Notes: generated from the sequence alone by a model not told the origin. A stretch of 64,000 nt of DNA from Candidatus Rokuibacteriota bacterium (GCA_003220475.1 QHSO01000011.1:608-64607); one strand, 5' to 3'. Positions 27,706 to 37,253 are shown, counted from the first letter of the stretch. A program made the numbers and translations.

Positions 27706-27733
27706 GATCGGGACCTCCTTATGAGAGTTGCTT

Positions 27734-29743
27734 CTAAGACACGCGCGGCCGCCGGGATGGTGCGGCGGTCGCGCCGAGCACGTGCCAGGCCCGCAGCGTC
27801 TCCGCCACGCTCCAGGCCTGAGCGATGCACCCGTTCGGCGCGAACGGCGGCTCGCCGTCGAAGATCTCGGCAATGGAGCCGAGGCCGTGATCGGTAAGAT
27901 GGTCGGCCATCGGCGTGAGAAAACTGCGCGCCGTGTCGGCGTCACCGTACGCCGCAAAATGGGCGAGGGCGAACGGGCCGAGTAGCCAGCCCCACACGGC
28001 GCCCTGGTGATAGGCGCCATCGCGCGCGCCCTGGTCGCCGCCGTAGCGCGCGACGAAGCGCGGATCGAACGGCGCGAGGCTCCGCAGCCCGTACGAGGTG
28101 ACGAGATGGCGCGCGCACGCGTCGACGACGGCGCGACGCCGCTCCGGCGACAGCGGAGTGGCCGGCAGCGAGACGGCGAAGATCTGGTTGGGGCGCAGCG
28201 TCGCGTCGTGACCGTCGGCCCCGTCGAGCACGTCGTAGCACCAGCCGTCGCGCGCATTCCAGAAGCGCTCGAATCCCTCGGCCACGCGCGCGGCGTCGGC
28301 GTCGAGGTCGCTGGCGGGGCGCCGCAGCCGCCGCGCGAAGTCGGTCATCGCCACGAGAGCGTTGTACCAGAGCGCGTTGATCTCGACGGGCTTGCCGGTG
28401 CGCGGCGTCACGACCCGGTCGCCAACCTTCGCGTCCATCCATGTGAGTTGCACGCCAGGCTCTCCCGCGGCGAGCAAGCCATCGGCGGGGTCCTGCCGAA
28501 TGCTATAGCGCGTGCCTTGGCGATGCCAGGCGAGGATCGACTCGAGCGTCGGATAGAGGTCCTTGAGCAGGCCGTCGTCGCCGGTCGCCGCGTGATACGC
28601 GCGAATCGCCTGGAAGTACCAGAGCGTCGCGTCGACCGTGTTGTACTCCGGCGCCTGGCCGTCGTCCGGGAAGCGATTTGGCAGCAGCCCGCGGTCCACG
28701 AAGCGCGCGAACGTCATCAGAATTTTCCGAGCCACGTCCGTGCGACCCGTCGCCAGCGTGAGGCCGGGCAGCGCGATCATCGTGTCGCGGCCCCAGTCGC
28801 CGAACCAATGGTAGCCGGCGATGACCGTGGCGCCGTCGGGATCGTCGGGCAACGGCCGCCGCACGAGGAACTGATCCGCCGCAAGAACGAGGCGGCGCAT
28901 CCATTCGGGCGCCGTATCCGCGTTCGGCTGCGCGCGCGTCCAGCGCGCCAGCACGTCGCTCTCGTGCTCGATACGCCGCTGCCAGGCGGCATCGCCGTCG
29001 GGTGCCGGCGCCGCTTCCGCGGAGAGCGTCAGCGTGAGCGCGGCGCCGGGTGCGAGCGTGGCGCGGAAGGTTCCTGCGTGCAACTCGTCATCGACGTGGT
29101 CGAGGCCGCGCTCGCGCTCGCGCGGCAGGTCGAAGTCGCGGAACCACGTGTGCGCGCCGTCGGCGTCGGCGCCGGGGGCCAGCAACAGCAGCGGCCGCGC
29201 GCCGTCGAACGCGATGACACGCAGGCCGTCCGCCACGCGGGCGACATCCATGCGCCAGTCTCCGGCCCGCGTCGTCGCGTGATAGTCGCGATAGTTGACG
29301 AGGGTCTTCACCCGCAGCGTCAGTGGCTCGCGCGCGCGCAGCACTCGCCAGCGGATGTGTGTGGTATTGGCGCCGTGCTCCATCCAGACGCACTTTTCGA
29401 CGAGCGCGTCGGCGCATGCGTAGGTCCACACGGGCGTGGTGCCGTCGAGACGGAAGCGCTCGATGAGCCGGTAGCCGTGGGGATCGACGATGCCGCTCAC
29501 CCAGCGCGCGGCGAACAGCGGCCATTCGGCACCGGCGTACTCGACGGTCTCGTGGACGCCGGCGGCCATCACCGTCCGTCCCAGCGGTGGCTTCAGTGCG
29601 GCGACGAGCAGCGCGTGATAACGCCGCGTCGGCGTGCCGGCGATCGTCCCCGAGGCGAAGCCGCCGATGCCGTTGACACAGAGCCACTCGCGCCGCTCGG
29701 CGGCGCGGAGGTCGCCCGTGACGGCGCGGCCCCAGGTCAGCAC
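27734..29743 (-). CDS. Amylo-alpha-1,6-glucosidase (glycogen debranching enzyme family)
   Basis: [54 protein letters not shown]. Confidence 0.95.
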   Translation of the reverse strand: MLTWGRAVTGDLRAAERREWLCVNGIGGFASGTIAGTPTRRYHALLVAALKPPLGRTVMAAGVHETVEYAGAEWPLFAARWVSGIVDPHGYRLIERFRLDGTTPVWTYACADALVEKCVWMEHGANTTHIRWRVLRAREPLTLRVKTLVNYRDYHATTRAGDWRMDVARVADGLRVIAFDGARPLLLLAPGADADGAHTWFRDFDLPRERERGLDHVDDELHAGTFRATLAPGAALTLTLSAEAAPAPDGDAAWQRRIEHESDVLARWTRAQPNADTAPEWMRRLVLAADQFLVRRPLPDDPDGATVIAGYHWFGDWGRDTMIALPGLTLATGRTDVARKILMTFARFVDRGLLPNRFPDDGQAPEYNTVDATLWYFQAIRAYHAATGDDGLLKDLYPTLESILAWHRQGTRYSIRQDPADGLLAAGEPGVQLTWMDAKVGDRVVTPRTGKPVEINALWYNALVAMTDFARRLRRPASDLDADAARVAEGFERFWNARDGWCYDVLDGADGHDATLRPNQIFAVSLPATPLSPERRRAVVDACARHLVTSYGLRSLAPFDPRFVARYGGDQGARDGAYHQGAVWGWLLGPFALAHFAAYGDADTARSFLTPMADHLTDHGLGSIAEIFDGEPPFAPNGCIAQAWSVAETLRAWHVLGATAAPSRRPRVS
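27735..27763 (-). promoter_or_regulatory. ECF-type promoter motif upstream of the DUF2282 precursor
   Basis: GCACCA-N15-GTGTCTTA, same spacing as motifs at 29780 and 31937. Confidence 0.5.
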
Positions 29744-29779
29744 GATGCCAGGGCACCGCGAGGCCTGGCCGCGGCGCGC

Positions 29780-29809
29780 GCATCGATCAGCGGCGAGCCC
29801 GTGTCCAAA
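29780..29809 (+). promoter_or_regulatory. ECF-type promoter motif upstream of DUF692
   Basis: GCATCG-N15-GTGTCCAAA, 8 nt before ATG 29818. Confidence 0.55.
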
Positions 29810-29817
29810 GAGGCGCG

Positions 29818-30654
29818 ATGCGTCCCGGCGACTGCGGCATCGGCCTCCGCGCGCCCCACGTGGCCGAGGTGCTCGAGCACCGGCCCGTGGTCGGCTGGCT
29901 CGAGGTCCACGCCGAAAACTACATGGGCGGCGGGACGGCCATCAGAACGCTTGAGCGCGTGCGCGCCGAGTATCCGCTGTCCGTGCACGGCGTGGGCCTC
30001 TCGATCGGCAGCGCGGAGGGTATCGACACCGCGCACCTCGAGCGGCTGGCGAGACTGGTCGAGCGCCTGCAACCCGTGCTCGTCTCCGAGCATCTGTCGT
30101 GGAGCGTGACAGGGGGCGCGTACTTGAATCATCTGCTGCCGTTACCGTACACCGACGAGGCCCTCGCGGTGATCGCCGATAACGTCGCCCGCGCGCAGGA
30201 TCGCCTGGGGTGCCGGCTGCTCGTCGAGAATCCCTCGGGCTATCTGCGGTTTCGCGGCTCGTCGATGTCCGAGCCGGAGTTTCTCAACGCGCTGGCGCGC
30301 CGCACCGGCTGCGGCCTGCTCTGCGACGTCAACAACGTCTATGTCACGTGCGCCAATCTGGGCGGCGACCCGGCGGCATGGCTCGACGCCCTCGACCGCG
30401 CCGCGGTCGCGGAGATTCATCTCGCCGGCCACGCCGTGAACAACGCCGACGGGCGATCGATCCTGATCGACGACCACGGCTCGCCAGTGGCCGATCCCGT
30501 GTGGGAGCTGTTCGCCCACGCGCTCGGCCGATTCGGTCCGGTCCCGACGCTGATCGAGTGGGACACCGATCTTCCAGCGCTCGGCGTCCTGCTGGGCGAG
30601 GCGGCGAAGGCGCGAGCGTATGTCTCGAAGGCGGCCGATGTCGTCGCTGCGTGA
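29818..30654 (+). CDS. DUF692 multinuclear non-heme iron oxidative enzyme (MNIO, BufB-like)
   Basis: [56 protein letters not shown]. Confidence 0.95.
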   Translation: MRPGDCGIGLRAPHVAEVLEHRPVVGWLEVHAENYMGGGTAIRTLERVRAEYPLSVHGVGLSIGSAEGIDTAHLERLARLVERLQPVLVSEHLSWSVTGGAYLNHLLPLPYTDEALAVIADNVARAQDRLGCRLLVENPSGYLRFRGSSMSEPEFLNALARRTGCGLLCDVNNVYVTCANLGGDPAAWLDALDRAAVAEIHLAGHAVNNADGRSILIDDHGSPVADPVWELFAHALGRFGPVPTLIEWDTDLPALGVLLGEAAKARAYVSKAADVVAA

Positions 30655-31399
30655 GCTGCAGGCGGGATTCCGCGCCGCGCTGCTCGACGAAGCGGAGGCG
30701 CGCGTGGTTTCGGAGATCATCGACGACGGACTCGGCGCCTCTGCGCGCCTGGCCGTCTATCGTCACCACGTCTTCACGAGTCTCACCGACGCCCTGGGGA
30801 CCACGTATCCCGTCGTCTGCCGGCTCGTCGACCGCCGTTTCTTCGGCTGGCTCGCCGATCGCTACGTGCGCGCGCATCCGCCGGCCAGTCCATGCCTGTT
30901 CGAGTATGGCGGCGAGCTCGCGGCGTTCCTCGCCGCCTTCCCCGCGTGCGCACACCTGCCGTGGCTGGCTGACGTGGCGCGGCTGGAATGGGCGATCAAC
31001 GGCGCGCAGCACGCGCCTGGGGCGACGCCGCTTCTGGCCGATATCTGGCGTAGCCTCGACGCCGATGGGTTGGCGGCGTTGACGGTTCAGGTCGATCGAT
31101 CTGTCACGCTGCTCGAGTCGCCGTGGCCCGTCGATGCGATCTGGCGCGCCAATCAGGCCGGCGCCGATGGCGCCGTCGATCTCGTCGCCGGCGCGGTACG
31201 GCTCGAGGTTCGCCGCATCGACGACGACATCGTCTTGCGCGCGCTCCCTGCTGGATCGTTCGCCCTTCGTGCGGCGCTCGCCGCCGGCCGAACGTTGCAG
31301 GAAGCGGTAGACCGCGCGCTTCTCGCAGAGCCGGCTTTGAACCTCGCGCGTGAGATCCGCGCGCTACTCGACGACGGCATGCTGGTGCTGCCGGGATGA
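30638..31399 (+). CDS. DUF2063 family partner protein (BufC-like)
   Basis: [22 protein letters not shown]...[14 protein letters not shown]; overlaps DUF692 end. Confidence 0.9.
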   Translation: MSSLRELQAGFRAALLDEAEARVVSEIIDDGLGASARLAVYRHHVFTSLTDALGTTYPVVCRLVDRRFFGWLADRYVRAHPPASPCLFEYGGELAAFLAAFPACAHLPWLADVARLEWAINGAQHAPGATPLLADIWRSLDADGLAALTVQVDRSVTLLESPWPVDAIWRANQAGADGAVDLVAGAVRLEVRRIDDDIVLRALPAGSFALRAALAAGRTLQEAVDRALLAEPALNLAREIRALLDDGMLVLPG

Positions 31400-31426
31400 C
31401 GTCCGCACGACGTCATCCTTTTCGCA

Positions 31427-31915
31427 TCAGCCCTGCAGCTGAACCGTCCGCTCTCCGGCGCGCACGCGCGCGTCCCAGCTGACATCGATCGCGCCTTTGA
31501 CGCTCTCGTGCGCCGGGCATCCCGCCGGATGCGCGGCGAGCGCGCGCTCGGTCGCCTCCAGCGCGTCGGCGGGGACGGCGAGCTCGTAGTGCACGTGGAT
31601 CGAGCGGATCTTGATCGTCTTGCCGTGGCCGACGATGCGGCCCTCGACGGAAGCCGTGAAGCCGTCGCGGTCGAACGCGATCTTGCGCCCTGCCAGGGCG
31701 CCACGCAGAGTGCCGAACATTCAGCCGGCGACGCCCGCAACGATGTGGTCGAGCGTCGAGGCCACCGGCGGGCCCTCCGGCACGCCATAGTACTGGCGCA
31801 GGCGGCCCTGCACGCCGTACACGACGGGCTCGGGAACGTCGCCGAGATACGCGTGGCGCGCACCGTTCTTATAGACCAGGCGGGTCTTCGAGACGTATTC
31901 GAAATCGTCGGCCAT
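31427..31915 (-). CDS. OsmC-like selenoprotein (162 aa)
   Basis: STLDHIVAGVAG-TGA(31721-31723)-MFGTL in frame with ORF 31427..31720; second OsmC Cys in GCPAHESV; AAGGAGG RBS. Confidence 0.88.
31685..31701 (-). promoter_or_regulatory. Putative SECIS hairpin of the OsmC-like gene
   Basis: GCGCCCT-GGC-AGGGCGC stem starting 20 nt after the TGA; same CTGGCAG apex as the peroxiredoxin hairpin. Confidence 0.68.
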
Positions 31916-31936
31916 GTCGGACTCCTCCTTCGTTCG

Positions 31937-31966
31937 TTTGGACACGGCTCCGCGCGGCGTCGATTC
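31937..31966 (-). promoter_or_regulatory. ECF-type promoter motif upstream of the OsmC-like selenoprotein
   Basis: GAATCG-N15-GTGTCCAAA. Confidence 0.55.
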
Positions 31967-31988
31967 CGCGAGGTGTAGACTCGCGCGC

Positions 31989-32588
31989 GTGAGCGCCGAC
32001 GATCGCACCCTGCTCACACGCGCGGCAATGGGCGATGGCGAAGCCCTCGAGGCGCTGATGAGCCGCTACGCCTCACGCATCTATCGGCTCGCGTACGGTA
32101 TCACGCGCAGCGCGCCGGACGCCGAGGAGGTCGTGCAAGACGTGTTCTTGCAGATCGTCAACAAGGGCGCGGGCTTCGAGGGCCGTGCGGCGCTGGGCAG
32201 CTGGATCTATCGGATCACGACCAATGTCAGCCTCAACAAGCGGCGCGGCAAGCGCCGCGAGCTCGAGACGCCGCTCGACGAGCTGCTGCCGACGTTCCTT
32301 CCCGACGGTCACCGGGCCGGCGATCGCGCCTTCGTGGTGGCGGATTGGTCGAGCACACCGGACCGGGAGCTGCTGGCCGGCGAGTCGCGCCGACTCCTGG
32401 AGGCGGCGATCGACCGGTTGCCCGCGCACTACCGCGCCGTGCTCGTGCTGAGAGACGTCGAGGAGCTGTCCAACGAGGAGGTCGCCGAGATCGTCGGCGA
32501 CACCGTGGCGGCGGTGAAGACACGGCTGCACCGCGCGCGGATGGCGCTGCGCGAGCAGCTCACGCGGGACCTGAGAACCGGCGCATGA
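31989..32588 (+). CDS. ECF RNA polymerase sigma factor
   Basis: DAEEVVQDVFL, SWIYRI..N, LP..YRAVLVLRDVEELS.EEVAEI...VKTRLHRAR; TAGACT-N7-GTG start. Confidence 0.95.
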   Translation: MSADDRTLLTRAAMGDGEALEALMSRYASRIYRLAYGITRSAPDAEEVVQDVFLQIVNKGAGFEGRAALGSWIYRITTNVSLNKRRGKRRELETPLDELLPTFLPDGHRAGDRAFVVADWSSTPDRELLAGESRRLLEAAIDRLPAHYRAVLVLRDVEELSNEEVAEIVGDTVAAVKTRLHRARMALREQLTRDLRTGA

Positions 32589-32818
32589 CCTGCCGCGACG
32601 CCATCGACATCCTCGCCGATTACGTCGACGGTGCGATGCCGGCTGAGCTCGCGGCCGAGCTCGAGCGGCATCTGGCGGGCTGCGAGCCCTGCCGCGCCTA
32701 CCTCGCCACCTATCGCAAGACAGGCATGCTCGGTGCCATCGCCGGCCGCGTCGACATGCCCGCAGAGATGCAGACGCGACTGCGCCGGTTCCTCAGCGAG
32801 CAGCTTCGCCGCGCCTGA
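32585..32818 (+). CDS. zf-HC2 (ZAS) anti-sigma factor, soluble
   Basis: MTCRD...LADYVDG...HLAGCEPC (HxxxCxxC); ATGA-coupled to sigma. Confidence 0.9.
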   Translation: MTCRDAIDILADYVDGAMPAELAAELERHLAGCEPCRAYLATYRKTGMLGAIAGRVDMPAEMQTRLRRFLSEQLRRA

Positions 32819-32877
32819 CGCTCGCGCACGATCTGCGGACCGGGCGCGCTGGCCCGTCGCGATAGAATCGATTTCCT

Positions 32878-34137
32878 GTGAGACCGCCCCACGTTCGCCA
32901 CAACGTCGTCGCGCTCGGCGCGGACTACGCGCTGTTCATGGTGGCGCTGGCGTTCGTCTCGCCGACGACGATCTTGCCGGCCTTCGCCGCGTGGCTGGGC
33001 GCGCCCAACATCGTGATCGGCGCGATCCCCGCCGTGATGACGCTCGGCTGGTTCCTGCCGTGCCTCTTCGCGGCGCCGCATACCGAAGGGCTCACGCGCA
33101 AGCTGCCGTTCCTGGTGCGGTGGACGGTCTGGGAGCGCGTGCCGTTCCTGCTTCTCGCGGCCGCCGCGTACTGGCTCGCCGAGCGCTCACCCGGGGCGAC
33201 GCTGGCCGTGCTGCTCGCGATGCTGCTGGCTGTGACGGGCGTCGGCGGCCTGCTGATGCCGGCGTGGATGGATCTCATCGGCCGCGCGATTCCGGTGACG
33301 ATGCGCGGACGGTTTTTCGCGGTGTCGAGCGTCGCCGCCAGCCTGCTCGGCCTCGGCGCGAGCGCCGCGACCGCCGACGTGCTCGCGAGCCATCGTCCGG
33401 CCGTCGCGTACGCGCTCTGCTTCGTGTGCGGCTTCGTGTGCCTGATCGTGTCGTTCGTCGCCCTCGTCCTCGTGCGCGAGCCCCTCGCGGCCGCCGCGCG
33501 CCCGCGGGAACCGCTCGGCGCGTATCTGCGGCGCATGCCCGCGCTGCTGCGCGACGATCGCAATCTCGCGTGGTATCTCGTCGCGCGGTCGCTGGCGGCG
33601 GTGGGCGCCGCGGGCACCGCCTTCTACACGGTCTACGCGTTGCACGCGTGGCGGCTGCCCGCGTCGGCCGCGGGCATCTTCACCGCGCTCCTGCTGTGCG
33701 GCACGATCGCCGGCACCATCGTGCTCGGGTGGCTTGCCGACCGTGCGGGCCACCGCATCGTGCTGCTGGCCGGAGTGGCGGCGAGCGTGGTCGGCAACGT
33801 TATCGCGCTGGCGGCGACGTCGCCCGCCACGTTCGGCGTCGCGTTCGCGCTGGCCGGCGTGCAGACCGCGTCGATCACCGTCTCGGGGCTCAACGTGCTC
33901 CTCGAGTTCGCGCCGGTCACCGAGGCGCAGCCGACCTACCTGGGCCTCGGTAACACCTTGCTGGCGCCCATCGCGTTCGTGGCGCCGCTGGCCGCCGGTC
34001 TCCTGGCCGATGCCGCCGGGTTCTCCGCGGTCTTCGCCATCACCGCGCTCGGCGGCACAGCCGGCATGCTGCTGCTGGCGCTACGCGTACGGGATCCGCG
34101 CGCTACGCGCGCGCTGGCCGCCGGGAGCCGCGCGTGA
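32878..34137 (+). CDS. MFS transporter
   Basis: About 12 hydrophobic segments, GWLADRAGHR motif. Confidence 0.88.
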   Translation: MRPPHVRHNVVALGADYALFMVALAFVSPTTILPAFAAWLGAPNIVIGAIPAVMTLGWFLPCLFAAPHTEGLTRKLPFLVRWTVWERVPFLLLAAAAYWLAERSPGATLAVLLAMLLAVTGVGGLLMPAWMDLIGRAIPVTMRGRFFAVSSVAASLLGLGASAATADVLASHRPAVAYALCFVCGFVCLIVSFVALVLVREPLAAAARPREPLGAYLRRMPALLRDDRNLAWYLVARSLAAVGAAGTAFYTVYALHAWRLPASAAGIFTALLLCGTIAGTIVLGWLADRAGHRIVLLAGVAASVVGNVIALAATSPATFGVAFALAGVQTASITVSGLNVLLEFAPVTEAQPTYLGLGNTLLAPIAFVAPLAAGLLADAAGFSAVFAITALGGTAGMLLLALRVRDPRATRALAAGSRA

Positions 34138-34832
34138 AAACGCTGCTGCTCGACCTCGACGACACGCTGCTCGCGTACTCGGCCGGCGTCGACGACTCCT
34201 GGGTCGAAGCCTGCGGCGCCGTGCCGTTGTCGGTGGACACGGCGACGCTCGTGGCCGCGCTGACCGAGACGCGCAAGTGGTTCTGGAGCGGCGATCCCGC
34301 GCGTCACGCACGCGAGCGCGTGAACATGCTGGGCGCCTGGACGAAGATCGTCGCCGAGGCGCTGGTGCGCTGCGGCTGCGCCGACGACGCCGTCGCCGCC
34401 GCGATCGCCGGCGACTTCGCCGCGCGCCGCCGCGCCGCCATGCGACTGTTTCCGGAGACGCGCGCCGTGCTGGACGCGCTCCGCGCGCGCGGGCTGCCGC
34501 TGGCGCTCGTGACCAACGGCGACGTGCGCCAGCAACGCGACAAGATCGAGCGCCACGATCTCGCACGGTATTTCGGCGCCATCGTCATCGAGGGCGAATT
34601 CGGCTGCGGCAAACCCGACGAGCGGGTCTATCGCGAGGCGCTGCGGCGGCTCGGCGCGCAGACGGACGGCGCGTGGATGGTGGGGGACCATCTGGAGTGG
34701 GATGTGCTCGCGCCGCAGCGGCTTGGACTCACGGGCGTCTGGATCGATCGGGAGGGCGCGGGCCTGCCGGCGGCGCACACCGACGCGCGCCCGCAGCGGA
34801 TCATCCGCTCGCTGTCGGAGCTGCTCGGGTGA
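34134..34832 (+). CDS. HAD-superfamily hydrolase (YjjG-like)
   Basis: DLDDTL, VTNG, GKPD, MVGD..EWD. Confidence 0.9.
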   Translation: MKTLLLDLDDTLLAYSAGVDDSWVEACGAVPLSVDTATLVAALTETRKWFWSGDPARHARERVNMLGAWTKIVAEALVRCGCADDAVAAAIAGDFAARRRAAMRLFPETRAVLDALRARGLPLALVTNGDVRQQRDKIERHDLARYFGAIVIEGEFGCGKPDERVYREALRRLGAQTDGAWMVGDHLEWDVLAPQRLGLTGVWIDREGAGLPAAHTDARPQRIIRSLSELLG

Positions 34833-34951
34833 AGCTCGCCCGGTTCGCCATCTGGGTGGCGACCGCGAGCTTCGTTCTCATGCTCTTCTACCCGCTCGTG
34901 ATGGAGATCCTCACGCGCATTGCCGCACGCGGCGACAGCGGGCTGCCGTGA
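34829..34951 (+). CDS. Small single-TM peptide (40 aa)
   Basis: GTGA-coupled to the HAD gene; MKLARFAIWVATASFVLMLFYPLVMEILTRIAARGDSGLP*. Confidence 0.5.
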   Translation: MKLARFAIWVATASFVLMLFYPLVMEILTRIAARGDSGLP

Positions 34952-34954
34952 TAT

Positions 34955-34995
34955 GAAAGGGGGCCTCGAAGGGCCCCCTTTACCCCCATACGCTC
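34955..34995 (-). repeat. G-rich REP-like palindrome, copy 2 (reverse orientation)
   Basis: Minus strand GAGCGTATGGGGGTAAAGGGGGCC-CTTC-GAGGCCCCCTTT. Confidence 0.65.
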
Positions 34996-35035
34996 CGAGC
35001 GCCGCGGGAAACCCGTGGCGCTCCTCGAATTCGCT

Positions 35036-35653
35036 TCAGCGCCCCCAGCGGTATTCGCCGTCGGAGCCGGGGCGGCCGCGGCCGCTGCTGCCGTCGACGC
35101 CGCGCTTGGGACCGCGCTTGTTGGCGCCCGGGCCCTTGCGGCCGGCCGGCTTGTCGCCGAAGCCGCCGGGACCTGCGCCCCGCCGCTGCGCTCGACCTGG
35201 CTTGTCGCCGAAACCGCCGCCCCCGCCGCCGGCCGGCCGATCACCGAAGCCGCCCGCCGGACGCTGGCCGCCGCCGGCGCCGAACCGGGGTCCGCCGCCG
35301 CCTCCTCCGCCGCCGAATCGCGGGCCGCCGAAGCCGCCGCCCGCGGGCCGATCGCCGTAAGGGCGGGGGCCCCCGGCCGGACGCGGCGGGCGCGGACCAC
35401 CCGCGCCGCGCGGCGTGGCCTTGTCGACGCGGATCATGCGGCCGTCGAGGGAAGTCCCGTTGAGCGAGGAGATGGCCTTTTCGGCCTCCTCGGTGGTCGC
35501 CATCTCGACGAAGCCGAAGCCCCGCGAGCGGCCGGTCTCTCGGTCGGTCATCACGGCGGCCGACATCACCTCGCCGAAGCGCGCGAAGGCGCCGCGCAGG
35601 CCCTCGCTCGAGGTGGAAAATGAGAGACCACCGACGAACAGCTTCACGGACAT
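35036..35653 (-). CDS. RRM RNA-binding protein with long Gly/Arg/Pro-rich tail
   Basis: KLFVGGLS (RNP2), RSRGFGFVEM (RNP1); repeated GGFGD(R/K)P units. Confidence 0.95.
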   Translation of the reverse strand: MSVKLFVGGLSFSTSSEGLRGAFARFGEVMSAAVMTDRETGRSRGFGFVEMATTEEAEKAISSLNGTSLDGRMIRVDKATPRGAGGPRPPRPAGGPRPYGDRPAGGGFGGPRFGGGGGGGGPRFGAGGGQRPAGGFGDRPAGGGGGGFGDKPGRAQRRGAGPGGFGDKPAGRKGPGANKRGPKRGVDGSSGRGRPGSDGEYRWGR

Positions 35654-35736
35654 GACCTGCTCCTTTCGTCTGCCGGGTCGAGATTACCCCGAGTATAGCC
35701 CCCGGGTATGGCCATTGCAGCGGAGTAGCACGCACG

Positions 35737-36426
35737 ATGCCGCCCAGGAATCCGGACCTCCACGGCAACGCCCCGGATAGCTCGCGCGTGGCGCTCGTCC
35801 TGGTGGATGTGATCAGCGATCTCGAGTTCGAGGACGGCGACCGGCTGCTGCCTCATGCCCTCGCCGTGGCCGATCGGCTTGCCGTGCTGGCGGCCCGCGC
35901 CCGGCGCGCCCGGGTGCCCGTCATTTACGTCAACGACAACTTCGGGCGCTGGCGATCGGACTTCCGGACGCTGCTCGAGCGCTGTCTCGAGCGGCGCGTG
36001 CGCGGCCGCCCGCTCGCGCGCCGGCTGCGCCCGCGCGCCAGCGACTACGTCGTCTTGAAGACCAAGCATTCGGCGTTCTATGCCACGACGCTCGAGCTGT
36101 TGCTGCGATACCTGGGCGTGAGCTCGCTGGTGCTCACCGGCCTCACCGGCGATCGTTGCGTGCTGTTCAGCGCCAGCGACGCGTTCATGCGGGACTTGCG
36201 GCTCTGGGTCCCGGCCGATTGCGTGGCGTCGATCGATCCCGAGCACAATCGCCGCGCCCTCGACGAGATGGCGCGTCTCTTCGACGCGGATCTCACGGAC
36301 TCGACGCGCCTGGTGCTCTCACGCTCGGCGATCAAGCGGCGGGCGCGGGCAGGAGCAGCGCGACTGCGGTCAGCGCGAGCGCCAGCAGCACGGCCTGCGC
36401 GGAGATCTCACGCCCCTGCCGCTTGA
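35737..36426 (+). CDS. Isochorismatase-like cysteine hydrolase
   Basis: LVDVI.D, PVIYVNDNFG.W, K.KHSAFY.T, TGLTGDRCV. Confidence 0.9.
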   Translation: MPPRNPDLHGNAPDSSRVALVLVDVISDLEFEDGDRLLPHALAVADRLAVLAARARRARVPVIYVNDNFGRWRSDFRTLLERCLERRVRGRPLARRLRPRASDYVVLKTKHSAFYATTLELLLRYLGVSSLVLTGLTGDRCVLFSASDAFMRDLRLWVPADCVASIDPEHNRRALDEMARLFDADLTDSTRLVLSRSAIKRRARAGAARLRSARAPAARPARRSHAPAA

Positions 36427-36706
36427 GCTCCGTGACCGCCCAGGCGTCGGTCACGGGCTCCACGCCGGTCGACGTCTCGCGCAGTCCGCGCGAGGCCAGT
36501 CGCGTTCAGGTGCTGCCGTGCGCCTGCAGGAAGCCGAGCGCGGCGACGAGGAGCGGCACGAACAAGACGAGTCGTGCGCCGCGCGCGAGACCGAAGAGCG
36601 CAAAACCGGCGGCGAGCACGAGGGTCAGCGCCAGTCCCGCCACTCCCATCAGGGAGCGCCGGCGCCGCCCGCGCGATTCGAGATTCGTGACCAGAGGCAC
36701 GGCCAT
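36332..36706 (-). CDS. Putative 3-TM membrane selenoprotein (124 aa)
   Basis: LGFLQAHGST-TGA(36506-36508)-TRLASRGLRE...VTD...LKRQGREISAQAVLLALALTAVALLLP continues with typical codon usage and a third TM; hairpin after TGA. Confidence 0.7.
36470..36502 (-). promoter_or_regulatory. Putative SECIS hairpin of the membrane protein
   Basis: CGAC-tggc-CTCGCGC-GGACT-GCGCGAG-ac-GTCG: lower stem, internal loop, 7-bp upper stem, loop starting GG at the 19th nt after TGA. Confidence 0.6.
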
Positions 36707-36812
36707 CGCGATGCGCGCTTACCCTATCATCGTTGCCAACCGGGCGGCCTGGATGCTAGATTCGACGGCAACTAGCCGTTTTTCAGGCGGTCGAGGCGAG
36801 ACAGGAGATCTC

Positions 36813-37253
36813 ATGGAGAATCCCGCGGTGACGCACGCGCGCGAGCGACTGAGCCGCTGGCTCGAGGACGGCCGCGAGCTGCTCGCCCTGCTGCCGGAGG
36901 TGCTCGACTCCGGGCAGAAGACCGCCGCCAAGCTCGAGCACGCCGAGCGCGACGCGGAGCGGCTGCGCCGCGAGCTGATGGAGCTGCGCAAGGAGCTGTC
37001 GGAGGCGAAGGATCGCGCGCAGAACAACGAGGCGGAGCGGCAGCTCGAGGAATACCGCAGGCAGTTCGAGGAGCTGCGTCGTGCCAACGAGCAGCTGAAG
37101 AACGAGAAGGACGAGGTCGCGCAGGCCTTCGCGAAGCTGCTCGAAACGATGCAGTCGACCAATCAGATCGCGCAGAAGCTCGGCGTCACCAAGAGCCCGT
37201 TCGCCCGCGCCCCGAAAGAGTCCGCGTCGCCGACCTCGCCGACGCACGAATAG
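36813..37253 (+). CDS. Coiled-coil hypothetical protein (146 aa)
   Basis: AGGAG RBS; E/R/K/L heptad-rich sequence. Confidence 0.75.
   Translation: MENPAVTHARERLSRWLEDGRELLALLPEVLDSGQKTAAKLEHAERDAERLRRELMELRKELSEAKDRAQNNEAERQLEEYRRQFEELRRANEQLKNEKDEVAQAFAKLLETMQSTNQIAQKLGVTKSPFARAPKESASPTSPTHE

Noticed and set aside
18969-30109. Very long overlapping ORFs (e.g. 5' part of 18969..21752, 24700..26787, 28007..30109)
   Set aside because: Antisense or off-frame shadows of real genes in high-GC DNA; Arg/Ala/Pro-rich with no motifs.
35140-35400. Repeated GC-rich units resembling an array
   Set aside because: They encode the Gly-rich tail of the RRM protein; no constant repeat-spacer structure and no cas genes.
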